From an uncultured Clostridia bacterium (GTDB lineage Bacteria > Bacillota > Clostridia > Oscillospirales > Ruminococcaceae): DNA of 64,000 bases. The notes beneath the pieces are model-generated. The model was not told the origin of the DNA. It made no database searches and saw nothing but the letters and a program-made list of their open reading frames with translations. Every line of letters starts with the position of its first letter. The stretch's first letter is position 1. The stretch lies in contig CANQTP010000008.1 of the NCBI GenBank assembly GCA_947626755.1, positions 14,786-78,785 on the forward strand, given 5' to 3'. The position numbers and the translations under genes were made by a program. This document shows positions 1-10,466 of the stretch, one piece after another.

Positions 1-97
1 TTATCCTTACCGTATCTTCGGGTTTTCGGTATCTGGCTTTTGCCTCTCCCACTTCAAAACGTATTCTTTTCAGATTTTCGTAAATAACAGGATCCAC
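1..97 (-). CDS. hypothetical protein, N-terminal fragment running off the window
   Basis: Open frame VDPVIYENLKRIRFEVGEAKARYRKPEDTVRI from GTG at 97, with AAGGAG 8 nt upstream. No family recognised. Confidence 0.25.
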   Translation of the reverse strand, partial: MDPVIYENLKRIRFEVGEAKARYRKPEDTVRI

Positions 98-122
98 TTG
101 CTCATCTCCTTAAAGGATCATA

Positions 123-1484
123 TTATTCCCAAAGCTCATCGTCTCCGCTTTCGGTCTCTTCGGTGCTTTCCTCATCGGTCTCCCGATCAGTCCGTGAAGT
201 TTCTTCCTTCACATCATCGGCAATATACGTTTCCTCGGGTGGCGATCCCTCATCTTCCGCAGGCTCCGTCTCCTCGGCATAAAGATCGGCGGATATTTCT
301 CCTTCTGTGATTATGTCGTCATAAATGCTTACATATGCTGTATCGGAAGTTGCCTTTGAAAGTATGTATTCGTCACATTCGTAGACCGTCTCTATCTTTT
401 TGAAAGCTATTCTCTGTCCGAGAAGAATGTAAACGCCTTTCTGATTGTCCTTGTCAAAGCGGATAGCGCTCCGCGGAACTCTTATTCCCTCGTAATCGTT
501 AAGAATAAGCTCCACACGCTCGACCCGCCGCTGAACGAGATCAAATGTCAGTTCATCGCAGGAAATTATGATAAGGCTTTCATTCGGATCATCGGAATCA
601 ACTATATCCTCTATGGTGGCGGTAACTGTATCGGGCGTTGAAGTAAACTTTACCGTAATACTGCTGCCCACTTTAAAATCCGCGGACTTCGGGTCGATTA
701 TCCCCGCCATTTTCCACTCATAGCCGTCTACCATTTTCCCTACAGTGCCGCTCGAACTGCTTTTATCGGGATCGTTTATGATCTCCTTGATCTTGTCAAC
801 AGTCAGACTGCCGATACTGTCAAAGGAGAGCGTTCCCTCATATCCGTCCGTATGGCTTATGAAGTAGCCTGTGCTGTCGGCTGTTATAACATTTACAGGA
901 TCCTTTCGCTTGGCTTCAAGGCTCGATATTTCCGAATCAAGGCTTGAAATCGCGTCATTGAAATCCGTTTCTTCGTTTATGACAATATGGTAAATGTCCA
1001 TAAGAGTCTGGAGCTGCCTGCGTTCCTTTTCCAGATCTTCAAGGTCGTTTTCAGCAATAAGCACAGCGATCGTCTGATACTCGTCGTCTATCAGCGAAGA
1101 AATGAACTTTGGCTCTGCAACTTCTGTGGTGCCGGGATTCTGTGCGCTTTCCAAAAGTTCCCGTTCCTCTTTCAGCTGTTCGATCCTGTGATCGGTATAA
1201 ATGTCGTTTTCGCTTCTGTAAACGTAAGCCACCGCCGAACCGTTGGCGATCTTGCTGCCATCGGCATTGGGGTAACTCAGGACGCCTGTCGTTCCTCCCC
1301 TTATCACCGATTCATTGCGGATATAAACGCCCTGAAAGGATACTTTTTCAGCGGAAGAGTACATAACAGCAGTTTCGGTCACATATCTGTCCTTGAACTG
1401 CATACTTATCTGACTGAAAACAGTTATCAGAATAAACAGTGAAAGCAGGAAAACCAATATCCTGACTGTGACTGTATTCATCAT
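123..1484 (-). CDS. HlyD-like membrane-fusion/adaptor family protein with acidic C-terminal tail
   Basis: N-terminal TM helix, coiled-coil segments (IEQLKEERELLE, ISSLEAKRK) and beta-barrel-like C-terminal part. 453-aa ORF. Confidence 0.5.
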   Translation of the reverse strand: MMNTVTVRILVFLLSLFILITVFSQISMQFKDRYVTETAVMYSSAEKVSFQGVYIRNESVIRGGTTGVLSYPNADGSKIANGSAVAYVYRSENDIYTDHRIEQLKEERELLESAQNPGTTEVAEPKFISSLIDDEYQTIAVLIAENDLEDLEKERRQLQTLMDIYHIVINEETDFNDAISSLDSEISSLEAKRKDPVNVITADSTGYFISHTDGYEGTLSFDSIGSLTVDKIKEIINDPDKSSSSGTVGKMVDGYEWKMAGIIDPKSADFKVGSSITVKFTSTPDTVTATIEDIVDSDDPNESLIIISCDELTFDLVQRRVERVELILNDYEGIRVPRSAIRFDKDNQKGVYILLGQRIAFKKIETVYECDEYILSKATSDTAYVSIYDDIITEGEISADLYAEETEPAEDEGSPPEETYIADDVKEETSRTDRETDEESTEETESGDDELWE

Positions 1485-1493
1485 ATCGCGTCA

Positions 1494-1763
1494 TCACTGC
1501 TCCGAATCCAGTATAGAAATGGTTTTTGCGGGGATTATGGTAGAAATAGCGTGCTTGAACACAAGTTCCTGCTTGCCGTCACAATCAATAATTACAACAT
1601 AGCTGTCAAAGCCCTTTACCGTTCCCTTGAACTGGAAGCCGTTTGTAAGAATGAAAGTTGCGGTCATCTTGTCCTTCCTGATCTGATTCAGGAACACATC
1701 CTGAAGGTTCATATTCTTATTCAATTTTATCATCCTTTCCGGTCGGGACTGCTCAATTTTCAA
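1494..1763 (-). CDS. hfq: RNA chaperone Hfq
   Basis: [54 protein letters not shown] matches the Sm1/Sm2 motifs. Start is uncertain: TTG 1763, ATG 1733 or ATG 1712. Confidence 0.9.
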   Translation of the reverse strand: MKIEQSRPERMIKLNKNMNLQDVFLNQIRKDKMTATFILTNGFQFKGTVKGFDSYVVIIDCDGKQELVFKHAISTIIPAKTISILDSEQ

Positions 1764-1775
1764 GCAAAAAAATGC

Positions 1776-2738
1776 TTACATTCTATTATAACATAAAATT
1801 TCTGATTTGGCTACTATTTTTTTGCATATTTTAATAATTTCATCAAAATTATTTATTTCGTCCAAATAGATCCAGTTTATTCGTTCATCACGACGAAACC
1901 ATGTAAGCTGTCTTTTGGCGTATCTGCGGGAATTCTGCCTTATTTTGTCAAGACACTGCTCCAAATCGGCTTCGCCTTTAAAATATGGTATCATCTCTTT
2001 GTAGCCGATCGCCTGACATACCGTGCCTGTTTCAACATTTTCATAAACTGCCCTGCATTCTTCAACAAGACCGTTTTCCGCCATTACAGTCACCCGCCTG
2101 TCGATCCTGTCGTAAAGCTTCTGCCTGTCGCGGAAATTCAGTCCTATCATGCAGACGTCATATTTTGATCCGTTCCCCCTGTTCAGCTTCTTGTACTCGC
2201 TGAACTTCATTCCCGTAACTTCGCAGACTTCCAGAGCGCGGACTACCCGAACCACGTTATTCGGACTGACCCATTCTGCCGTTTCGGGGTCGATTTCCGC
2301 AAGACGTCTGTGAAGTGCTTCCCTGCCGAGAGTTTCCGCTTCTTCATATAAACGTTTTCTTACGCTGTCGTCCTTTCCCGAAGCGTCAAAACTGATGTTG
2401 TCTATGAGCGAATTTATATAAAGACCCGTTCCGCCCACAAGTACGGGAAGTTTGCCCCTTGCACCTATATCCGCGATCACCTTTTCCGCCGCCGAAACGT
2501 AGTCCGCCGTGCTGAAATCCGCATTCATGTCCACAACGCCTATAAGATGGTGAGGAATGCCCCGCATTTCCTCCGCTGTGGGCTTTGCGGAAGTGATGTC
2601 AAGCCCTTTATATATCTGCATGGAATCCGCAGATACCACTTCTCCGCCGTATTCTTCCGCCAAAGCAGCGCCAAGAGCCGTCTTTCCCGAAGCGGTAGGT
2701 CCCACCACCGCCAGAAGCGGCTGTTTTTTCACGGGCAT
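1776..2738 (-). CDS. miaA: tRNA dimethylallyltransferase
   Basis: P-loop GPTASGKT, DSMQIYKGLDI, RQLTWFR. SD AAAGGAGAG upstream. Confidence 0.92.
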   Translation of the reverse strand: MPVKKQPLLAVVGPTASGKTALGAALAEEYGGEVVSADSMQIYKGLDITSAKPTAEEMRGIPHHLIGVVDMNADFSTADYVSAAEKVIADIGARGKLPVLVGGTGLYINSLIDNISFDASGKDDSVRKRLYEEAETLGREALHRRLAEIDPETAEWVSPNNVVRVVRALEVCEVTGMKFSEYKKLNRGNGSKYDVCMIGLNFRDRQKLYDRIDRRVTVMAENGLVEECRAVYENVETGTVCQAIGYKEMIPYFKGEADLEQCLDKIRQNSRRYAKRQLTWFRRDERINWIYLDEINNFDEIIKICKKIVAKSEILCYNRM

Positions 2739-2751
2739 AAGCTTCTCTCCT

Positions 2752-4662
2752 TTAAAGAACTCTCTTGAACTGCTTTTCCAGTTCCCGCTTTGAAAGCTTG
2801 AACATTACAGGTCTGCCGTGTGGGCAATATCTTATTCTCTCGTCTGTAAGTATAGTCTTTACTATTTCCGAAAGCTCCGTCAGAGATGTGATGTCGTTTG
2901 CTTTTATTGCTGCCTTGCAGGCGAATGTATGATACATATCGTCCAGAATTTCGGGCATGGGGTTATTCTTGTTTTCACTGATATTTTTTGCAAGTTCAAT
3001 GATAAGATCGGCAGGATCGCAGCCGTCCAGAATGCTCGGGATCCCCGTAACTTCCACCTTGGAATTGCCCGATATTTCAAAATCAAATCCCAGATCCTTC
3101 ACAAGTTCCTTATTATTGATAAGCGCGTTGAATTCCTCAAAATCCAGCAGCGTTTCACATGGCGCAAGTAGCATCTGGCACTGGGGCTTTCCCCTGCCCG
3201 AACGCAGCTTTTCAAACAATATCCGCTCATGGGCGGCGTGCTTGTCCACGAAAATTATATCCTCGTCTATCTCGGCAATTATGTAATTCTTGAACGCTTC
3301 TCCGATGATCCTGAAATAAATCGGCTTTTCATCGGGAGTTTCTGCGGCAGGCGCAGTCTTTTTTTCAAATGAGGACTCATTTATATACTTGAATCCGCCG
3401 CTCTCGGGCGGAGGTGCAAACCCGCTCAGTTCCGTTTCAGGCTCAGGCTCGCCGTGTTCCTCCATGACGTTATTATATGCCGTGGTCGGAATTATCGGCA
3501 TATGCGGCGTCCTGACAACAGACTGTTCCGACATTTCCTCACGGTATGCGGGACGTATCTCTCTTACATCTTTTCCCCCCGTAAGTTCCGTCTGACTGTA
3601 TTTCGGAAGATCTTCGGGAACAGGTCTTGTATAATCCTGCTTCTGCTGTTTTACCGTGATCTCGGCAGGTTTGTCGTCCAGCATAACTGCATTCTTTACC
3701 GCAAAATATATGCTGTCCGCAATAACTCTCTCATCAGTGAACCTGACCTCGATTTTCGCAGGGTGGACGTTCACGTCCACTATCGACGGCGAGACCGTCA
3801 TTCTCAGCACACAGGACGGGAACTTTCCCTCCATTATGCTGTTTGTGTAAGCGTGTTCGAGAGAATATGTGCAAACCGGGGATTTTACATATCTGCCGTT
3901 TATAAAGAAATGCTGCATGGAGCGGTTCGGTCTGCCGAAAAGCGGCTTGACCGTAAAGCCGTCTATCTTCACGCCGTTAAGCTGATAATCTACAGGGATA
4001 AGCGATGCGGCAAACTGCTTTCCCATTACGGCGTATATTGAAGAATAAAGTTCCCCGTCTCCCGGAGTAATGAATTCCTGCTTGTTGTCGCGAATGAATT
4101 TGAAAGCGACTTCAGGGTGAGAAACAGCTATCTTGTCAACCACCGATGCCACGGCATTTCCCTCCGAAACGTCCTTTTTCAGGAATTTCAGCCGCGCGGG
4201 GACATTGTAAAAAATATCCCTTATGATGATAGTCGTTCCCTCGGGACAGCCTGCGCGTTCATATTCTTTCTGTTCGCCGCCTTCGATGATATAATGCGTT
4301 CCGTAGTCGTCGCCCTTTACTTTGGTAATGACATCAACTTTTGAAACGGCGCATATCGAAGCTAAAGCTTCACCCCGGAAACCGAGCGTAAGTATGCTGT
4401 CCAGATCGCCCTTATCATGTATCTTGCTTGTGGCATGGCGGAGAAACGCGGTAGGAACATCTCCATATTCAATGCCGCAGCCGTTGTCGGTTATTCGTAT
4501 AAAACTTATCCCGCCGCGCTTGATCTCAACGGTTATGCTGTCCGCGCCGCTGTCTATGGAATTTTCCAGCAGTTCCTTCACTATGGACGCGGGACGTTCA
4601 ATAACTTCTCCCGCAGCGATAAGTTCCGCCGTTTCCTTGCTTAAAACCTGTACCCTCGGCAC
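2752..4662 (-). CDS. mutL: DNA mismatch repair protein MutL
   Basis: GHKL ATPase N-terminus (AAGEVIERPASIVKELLENSIDSGA, DNGCGI). GTG start with GGGGAGG SD. Confidence 0.93.
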   Translation of the reverse strand: MPRVQVLSKETAELIAAGEVIERPASIVKELLENSIDSGADSITVEIKRGGISFIRITDNGCGIEYGDVPTAFLRHATSKIHDKGDLDSILTLGFRGEALASICAVSKVDVITKVKGDDYGTHYIIEGGEQKEYERAGCPEGTTIIIRDIFYNVPARLKFLKKDVSEGNAVASVVDKIAVSHPEVAFKFIRDNKQEFITPGDGELYSSIYAVMGKQFAASLIPVDYQLNGVKIDGFTVKPLFGRPNRSMQHFFINGRYVKSPVCTYSLEHAYTNSIMEGKFPSCVLRMTVSPSIVDVNVHPAKIEVRFTDERVIADSIYFAVKNAVMLDDKPAEITVKQQKQDYTRPVPEDLPKYSQTELTGGKDVREIRPAYREEMSEQSVVRTPHMPIIPTTAYNNVMEEHGEPEPETELSGFAPPPESGGFKYINESSFEKKTAPAAETPDEKPIYFRIIGEAFKNYIIAEIDEDIIFVDKHAAHERILFEKLRSGRGKPQCQMLLAPCETLLDFEEFNALINNKELVKDLGFDFEISGNSKVEVTGIPSILDGCDPADLIIELAKNISENKNNPMPEILDDMYHTFACKAAIKANDITSLTELSEIVKTILTDERIRYCPHGRPVMFKLSKRELEKQFKRVL

Positions 4663-4677
4663 GTTCCTGCCTCCCCG

Positions 4678-7296
4678 TTATTCAAGCATACCGCAAATTT
4701 CTTTCAGGAAATACTTTGCGTCCTCGTCAGTAAATTCGTCAACATTTGTTTTTCTGAGTTTTTCTATTATCTTTTCATTTCCCATGCTGCGGAACGAGAT
4801 CTGCTCCTCGCTTTTAAGTGCGGTCTCCTGCCTGTCGTTCTCCATCTCCGTCAGGATCTGTCTTGCTCTTTCAAGAACTTTCTTCGGAAGTCCCGCAAGT
4901 TTTGCAACGTCAATGCCGTAGCTGTCGTCCACACCGCCGCGGACGATCTTCCTGAGAAATTTTATATCTTCGCCACGCTTCTTGACCGCAACGCTGTAAT
5001 TCTTAACGCCGTCAAGGTCGTTTTCAAGCTTTATAAGTTCGTGATAATGCGTTGCAAAAAGCGTTTTGCAGCCGAGATTTCTTGAACCCGCTATGTATTC
5101 CGCAACAGCCGTTGCAATGCTTATCCCGTCATATGTGGAAGTTCCCCTGCCCACCTCGTCAAGTATGACAAGACTTTGCTTTGTGGCGTTTTTGAGAATG
5201 TCTGCCACCTCGCTCATTTCCACCATAAATGTGGACTGCCCTGCGGTGAGATCGTCGGACGCTCCCACACGGGTGAAAATTTTATCCACAATTGTGATCT
5301 TTGCATATTTAGCAGGAACGAAACAGCCTATCTGCGCCATAAGAGTTATAAGTGCCGTCTGCCGCATATATGTGGATTTGCCCGACATATTCGGTCCCGT
5401 AATTATAGCCATACGGTTCTTATCAAGATCAAGATATGTGTCATTGGGAACATACATCTCATCAGTGAGCATAAGCTCAACCACAGGGTGTCTGCCGTCC
5501 TTGATGTCAATAATGCCGTCAATGGCAATATCGGGCTTTGTATATTCATTTTTCAGCGAAACATATGCAAAGGAGCAAAGCACATCAAGCTGCGCCACAG
5601 CCGCGGCGGTCTCCTGAACTTTTACAAGCTGTGATGCGATATAGTCCCGCACTTCGCAGAAAATATCATATTCAAGTGAAAGTATCCTGTCATTTGCGCC
5701 GAGGATCTCATATTCTGCCTTTTTCAGTTCATCGGTAATGAAACGCTCGCAGTTTGCAAGAGTCTGCTTTCTTACATAATTGTCGGGAACTCTGTCATAA
5801 AAGGACTTCGTAACTTCGATATAATATCCGAAAACGCGGTTGTACCCGAGTTTCAGAGTCTTTATGCCTGTGCGTTCTCTTTCCCGCTGTTCTATGTCCT
5901 CGATAATGCTCTTGCCGTTTTTTACAATATCTCTCAGATGATCCAGTTCCTCGTTGAAACCGTCCTTTATGACGCCGCCTTCTCTTGCATTTGCGGGAGG
6001 TTCATCAACTATTGCATTTTCCACCAGTCCCGAAATTTCATTCAGAGTGTGCATTTTGCCGTTAAGTTCGGAAAGCAGCTTGCAGGAAAAATTCTCCATC
6101 AGCTTTTTTATTTCGGGAAGCCGCAAAGCCGTTACCGACAGCGATTTAACGTCCCTCGGAGTTGCAGTCCTGTACATGACTCTTGTCATGAGCCGCTCCA
6201 GATCATAGACAGAGGAAAGCTGTTCTTCAAGTTCTTCGCGGGCAACGGACTTTTTGCAGAGCTGCTCCACCGCATCAAGACGGTTTATGATGATCGCGGG
6301 CTTGATAAGCGGCTGCTCGATGTAGGATTTCAGGAGCCGTCTGCCCATGGAAGTCTGTGTATGGTCAAGCACCCACATGAGACTTCCCTTTCTTTCCTTG
6401 CTGCGCATAGTCTCGGTAAGTTCAAGGTTCCGCCTTGCGGTAAGGTCAAGCTCCATAAAGAAATTGTCATTATAGCGCTTGATCTCGGTAAAACGTCCGA
6501 TAAGAGCCTTCTGTGTATCTCCGATATAGCCGAAAAGTCCGCAGACACAGGCAGCTTCGGGAGTACCCTCGTTAAGTCCGATCTCGCATATTTCCGAAAC
6601 ACCGAACTGCTTTGTTATAACATCGGGATTTTCCGGAATATCAAAGCAGCGGTCATCAAGAAGCTGAACGGAACTTTCCGTCTTGTTCCTGATAAATCCT
6701 GTCACCTCTTTAAGGTCAAGAAAAGCTTGGTTGAACAGTATCTCCGCAGGGGCAAATCTTGAAAGTTCGTTTATAAGTTCATTCTGAATGTCCTTTCCCT
6801 TTTTCAGGAAAAGATGCACTTCGCCCGTGGAAATATCCGCAAAGCATATTGCACATTCGCCGTTACCTGCATAAACGCAGCAGATATAGTTGTTTTTTGA
6901 TTCGTCCAGAAGGCTGCTGTCGGTAAGAGTTCCGGGAGTAACTATCCTGATAACGTCCCGTTCCACAATGTTGCCTTTAGCGTCCTTCGGATCAGTAAGC
7001 TGTTCGCAGATAGCCACCTTATGCCCAAGCTCGATAAGACGTTTGATGTATATTTCGCTGGCATGATAAGGGATCCCGCACATAGGCGCACGCTCTTCAA
7101 GACCGCAGTCCCGCCCTGTAAGAGTCAGTTCCAGTTCTTTTGAGACAAGCACCGCATCGTCAAAGAACATCTCGTAGAAGTCGCCGAGCCGAAAAAACAG
7201 TATGTGATTTGCATACTTGTTTTTGACTTCAAAATACTGTTTCATCATCGGTGAAAGGTGTTCGTAATCTATCTGCATATCCATAATATACCGCAT
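4678..7296 (-). CDS. mutS: DNA mismatch repair protein MutS
   Basis: SPMMKQYFEVK N-terminus, Walker A GPNMSGKST, DEVGRGTSTYDG. Exact start ambiguous (ATG 7296, 7284 or 7278). Confidence 0.93.
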   Translation of the reverse strand: MRYIMDMQIDYEHLSPMMKQYFEVKNKYANHILFFRLGDFYEMFFDDAVLVSKELELTLTGRDCGLEERAPMCGIPYHASEIYIKRLIELGHKVAICEQLTDPKDAKGNIVERDVIRIVTPGTLTDSSLLDESKNNYICCVYAGNGECAICFADISTGEVHLFLKKGKDIQNELINELSRFAPAEILFNQAFLDLKEVTGFIRNKTESSVQLLDDRCFDIPENPDVITKQFGVSEICEIGLNEGTPEAACVCGLFGYIGDTQKALIGRFTEIKRYNDNFFMELDLTARRNLELTETMRSKERKGSLMWVLDHTQTSMGRRLLKSYIEQPLIKPAIIINRLDAVEQLCKKSVAREELEEQLSSVYDLERLMTRVMYRTATPRDVKSLSVTALRLPEIKKLMENFSCKLLSELNGKMHTLNEISGLVENAIVDEPPANAREGGVIKDGFNEELDHLRDIVKNGKSIIEDIEQRERERTGIKTLKLGYNRVFGYYIEVTKSFYDRVPDNYVRKQTLANCERFITDELKKAEYEILGANDRILSLEYDIFCEVRDYIASQLVKVQETAAAVAQLDVLCSFAYVSLKNEYTKPDIAIDGIIDIKDGRHPVVELMLTDEMYVPNDTYLDLDKNRMAIITGPNMSGKSTYMRQTALITLMAQIGCFVPAKYAKITIVDKIFTRVGASDDLTAGQSTFMVEMSEVADILKNATKQSLVILDEVGRGTSTYDGISIATAVAEYIAGSRNLGCKTLFATHYHELIKLENDLDGVKNYSVAVKKRGEDIKFLRKIVRGGVDDSYGIDVAKLAGLPKKVLERARQILTEMENDRQETALKSEEQISFRSMGNEKIIEKLRKTNVDEFTDEDAKYFLKEICGMLE

Positions 7297-7355
7297 TTGA
7301 CCCGCCGCATGAGCGGCAGGTCATTGTTCTCCTCTCGATCGGAATGTGTTTCTTA

Positions 7356-7763
7356 TCAGCCGCAGCCGCCGCAGGAAGCGCAGCTTCCGCTGCAGCCGCC
7401 GGGTTCTGTGGGGCAGGTCATGGGATCGTCGCCGTTGGCGGAACAGGTAATTACCATGTTTATCTGGTTCAGCATATGATCCATGGCGTTCTTGGCTTCA
7501 TTGTAAACTGCCATGTTCTTATTTGCCATGATAGTTCCGTAAAGGGACTTTATCTCATCGTCAAGAGCGGTGAGACGTTCCGCGCTTCTGTTGTCCTTGG
7601 ACATTTCGGTGTTGAGTTCCACCCTCTTGGTCTGGAATTCGCCGATAAGCTGCTGAAGCTCCTCGTCCTTGTCGTTTGCGTCCTTGGCTTTGCAGTAAGC
7701 CGCATACCTTTCATCAGCCTGAATGAGCTGACCCAGTTCTCTTGCTTTGTCGATAACGTTCAT
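7356..7763 (-). CDS. YlbF/YmcA-family regulator with Cys-rich C-terminal tail
   Basis: ELGQLIQADERYAAY..EELQQLIGEFQ pattern of the YlbF family. AAGGAG SD before ATG 7763. Tail is CSGSCASCGGCG. Confidence 0.65.
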   Translation of the reverse strand: MNVIDKARELGQLIQADERYAAYCKAKDANDKDEELQQLIGEFQTKRVELNTEMSKDNRSAERLTALDDEIKSLYGTIMANKNMAVYNEAKNAMDHMLNQINMVITCSANGDDPMTCPTEPGGCSGSCASCGGCG

Positions 7764-7790
7764 ATCAAATATCTCCTTTATAAACAATTT

Positions 7791-8192
7791 TTAAAACGAA
7801 CTCATGTGCGCGAAAATATCCGCCGCCGCGGAATGAAGGAAAAGCACTCCTTCGCCGCTGTAAAAGTATTCCCCTGCCTGCTGCCTTTTCAGCATAAGCT
7901 TTTCAAAAGCTTCTCTCTGAAGTCTTGCTTTCTCGAACTGCTCATCAAGAAGTTTCTGCCGCTCGGTGCGCAGTTCCCAGAAGTCCTTTTTCTCTTCCTT
8001 TTCGGAATTTTCCTGCTGTTTGTCCCTGTATATCTCATACAGTGTATCTTTCAGCATTTCCTCATCGGATCTTGTATCAGAACTCTCCTCAGCTTCCGCC
8101 ACAGCGTCGGCAAAGGGAGAAACTCCCGATGAAGACTCCTGTCTGACAGTATTGTAGAATCTCACAGCATCTCCTATACCCGAGATCGTCAT
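7791..8192 (-). CDS. hypothetical protein (charged, coiled-coil-like)
   Basis: 133-aa ORF with AAGGAG SD. Sits between miaB and the ylbF-like gene on the same strand. Confidence 0.5.
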   Translation of the reverse strand: MTISGIGDAVRFYNTVRQESSSGVSPFADAVAEAEESSDTRSDEEMLKDTLYEIYRDKQQENSEKEEKKDFWELRTERQKLLDEQFEKARLQREAFEKLMLKRQQAGEYFYSGEGVLFLHSAAADIFAHMSSF

Positions 8193-8214
8193 AGCATACG
8201 CTCCTTTCAGAATA

Positions 8215-9582
8215 TCAGCCGTTTATGATCCCGCCTTCAAGCGCCCAGTTAAAGGCTTTGGCGATCTTCACTCTCTGAAAACTTCCTATAACGGAAGGAT
8301 CCGCTTTTGCTTTTACAATTATAAACTCATCGCTCTTTCCCGAACAGTATCCGTCCTCATCGGCTGAGTCAAACAGGACCGTAAGCGTCCTGCCGATAAA
8401 CCTTTTAAAGCCGTCTGAGGAAATTTCCCTTTGAAGGTCAAGAAGCCGCTGTATGCGTTCCTTCTTTTCCTCTTCGGGAGTCACGTCCTCCATGTCGGCG
8501 GCTTTTGTGCCTGTACGCTTGGAATAGATGAAAGAGAAAATATTGTCATATCTTACCTTCCGCATAACGTCCAGCGTGGCTTCAAAATCTTCCGCCGTCT
8601 CGTTGGGAAAGCCCACAATAATATCCGTACTGAACGAAAAATCGGGGATCCTGCTTCTTGCGTACTCCACGGTTTCCAGATATTTCCCCGAAGTATACCG
8701 CCTGTTCATGGCTTCAAGTATACGATCGCTTCCCGATTGGAGCGGCAGATGCAGATGTTTGCAGATCTTTTCGCAGTCTATGATCGTGTCGATAAGTTCT
8801 TTTGTAACGTCCTTTGGGTGTGAGGACATGAACCGCACGCGGAAATCGCCGTCTATGCCGTTTATCCGCCGCAGAAGTTCCGAAAAGCTTATAGGCTCGT
8901 CCAAGGTCTTGCCGTATGAATTTACATTCTGCCCGAGGAGCATTATTTCCTTGTAACCCTGTTCCGCAAGCTCCTTGACTTCCGCAAGGACAGCTTCGGG
9001 AGAACGGCTCCTTTCCCGTCCTCGGACATACGGAACAATGCAGTATGAGCAGAAATTGTTGCAGCCGTACATTATGGGAACGCTTGCCGAGAAGCTGCTG
9101 TTTCTGACGGGACGTATATCCTCGGGGAAATCGGCTTTATACTCGGAAATATCCACAGCCGTTCCCTTTTCGGTCAGTGCTTTGTAAAGCAGTCCCGGAA
9201 GTTCACCGAGGGCAAATGTTCCGAAAATAATATCCACATAGGGGTAGCTTCTTTTCAGCTTTTCAACGGTTTTCTCCTGTTGAGCCATACAGCCGCAAAC
9301 GCCGATGATAAGCCCCGGCTTTTTCTTTTTGAGATTTTTCAGGTTACCCACAAGGCTGTAGACTTTCAGCTCCGCGCCCTCTCTCACGGCGCAGGTGTTG
9401 TAAATTATAAGATCTGCGGCAGTTATATCGTTTGTAACGCCGTAACCCATTTCGCAAAGCAGACCGAGGATCTTCTCCCCGTCGCTGACATTCTGCTGAC
9501 AGCCGAAGCTGTGCAGGAAGCAGAGCGGCGGATCTGTTCTCTTTGAGATCATGTCCCTGACTGCTTTCTTATGATCCGTCAA
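8215..9582 (-). CDS. miaB: tRNA (N6-isopentenyl adenosine(37)-C2)-methylthiotransferase
   Basis: UPF0004 N-terminus (FGCQQN), radical-SAM CNNFCSYCIVP, C-terminal TRAM-like end. TTG start with AAGGAG SD. Confidence 0.9.
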   Translation of the reverse strand: MTDHKKAVRDMISKRTDPPLCFLHSFGCQQNVSDGEKILGLLCEMGYGVTNDITAADLIIYNTCAVREGAELKVYSLVGNLKNLKKKKPGLIIGVCGCMAQQEKTVEKLKRSYPYVDIIFGTFALGELPGLLYKALTEKGTAVDISEYKADFPEDIRPVRNSSFSASVPIMYGCNNFCSYCIVPYVRGRERSRSPEAVLAEVKELAEQGYKEIMLLGQNVNSYGKTLDEPISFSELLRRINGIDGDFRVRFMSSHPKDVTKELIDTIIDCEKICKHLHLPLQSGSDRILEAMNRRYTSGKYLETVEYARSRIPDFSFSTDIIVGFPNETAEDFEATLDVMRKVRYDNIFSFIYSKRTGTKAADMEDVTPEEEKKERIQRLLDLQREISSDGFKRFIGRTLTVLFDSADEDGYCSGKSDEFIIVKAKADPSVIGSFQRVKIAKAFNWALEGGIING

Positions 9583-9668
9583 TTATGATTCTCCTTTAAG
9601 CAACGAATTATCGTTAATTTTCACATATACAATAATTATACCACTTTTCAATTCAAATTGCAACCTTT

Positions 9669-10298
9669 TCAGAACACTTTTTCCGAATTTGCAAACAAAC
9701 CCTTTATTTCCGAGGGAATACCCGACCCGCGGCGGCTGTAAAAAGCGTACTGCCTGCCCTCCCATTCAAAGAAGCAAACGGCATTTTCGGCGGTCAGCGT
9801 ATCGGTGTACTTCTCGCCGTAAGCGTACTCGGCAAAATACGGATTTTCGGCATACGGGTAGAATTCTACCCGCTCATCGGCTGTTGGATCCGCAAAATCA
9901 AAGTTCAGAACTTCCTCCGCGTGGGCATAGTAACCGCTGTCCTCATCGCTTTGGTAAACGTTTTCGCTTGAAAACAGCATAGTAACAACGTACCCCGAAC
10001 TATCCTTTTCAAGGCGGGCGTTTTCAAATCCGTAACCGTTTCCGTCAGAGATCCCGCTGATCTCAAGCGCTTCCGCCGCCATATCCTCAGTCAGTTCCTC
10101 TCCGTAAACGAACATGGTATAAGGACGGTTTATGATCCCGCCTATGCCTTTCACCGCAAAATATATTGCAAAGAACAGCACTACCGATATTGCCGTATAC
10201 AGAAAGCTCTGCTGCTTTGTGTACCTGACTCTTCCTTCCTCGCTGCCGCTTTCCTGCGCGGCAGTGGTCTCTTCGGGAATATTGTTATTATCTTCCAT
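9669..10298 (-). CDS. hypothetical membrane-anchored protein
   Basis: Single TM helix (FLYTAISVVLFFAIYFAV) after an acidic N-terminus. AGGGAG SD. Confidence 0.5.
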   Translation of the reverse strand: MEDNNNIPEETTAAQESGSEEGRVRYTKQQSFLYTAISVVLFFAIYFAVKGIGGIINRPYTMFVYGEELTEDMAAEALEISGISDGNGYGFENARLEKDSSGYVVTMLFSSENVYQSDEDSGYYAHAEEVLNFDFADPTADERVEFYPYAENPYFAEYAYGEKYTDTLTAENAVCFFEWEGRQYAFYSRRGSGIPSEIKGLFANSEKVF

Positions 10299-10466
10299 AT
10301 AAAAATTCTCCCTTTATGTTGAATTTTGCTCTTTTTATATTGCTATATTTATAGAATATCACGAAAATAAAATTTGGTCAAGTTTTTAATGATTTTTTTC
10401 CGAAAATATGCTATAATATTTTTTACAGCAGTTTTAAACCGTATTTGAAAGGAAATATTTTACATC

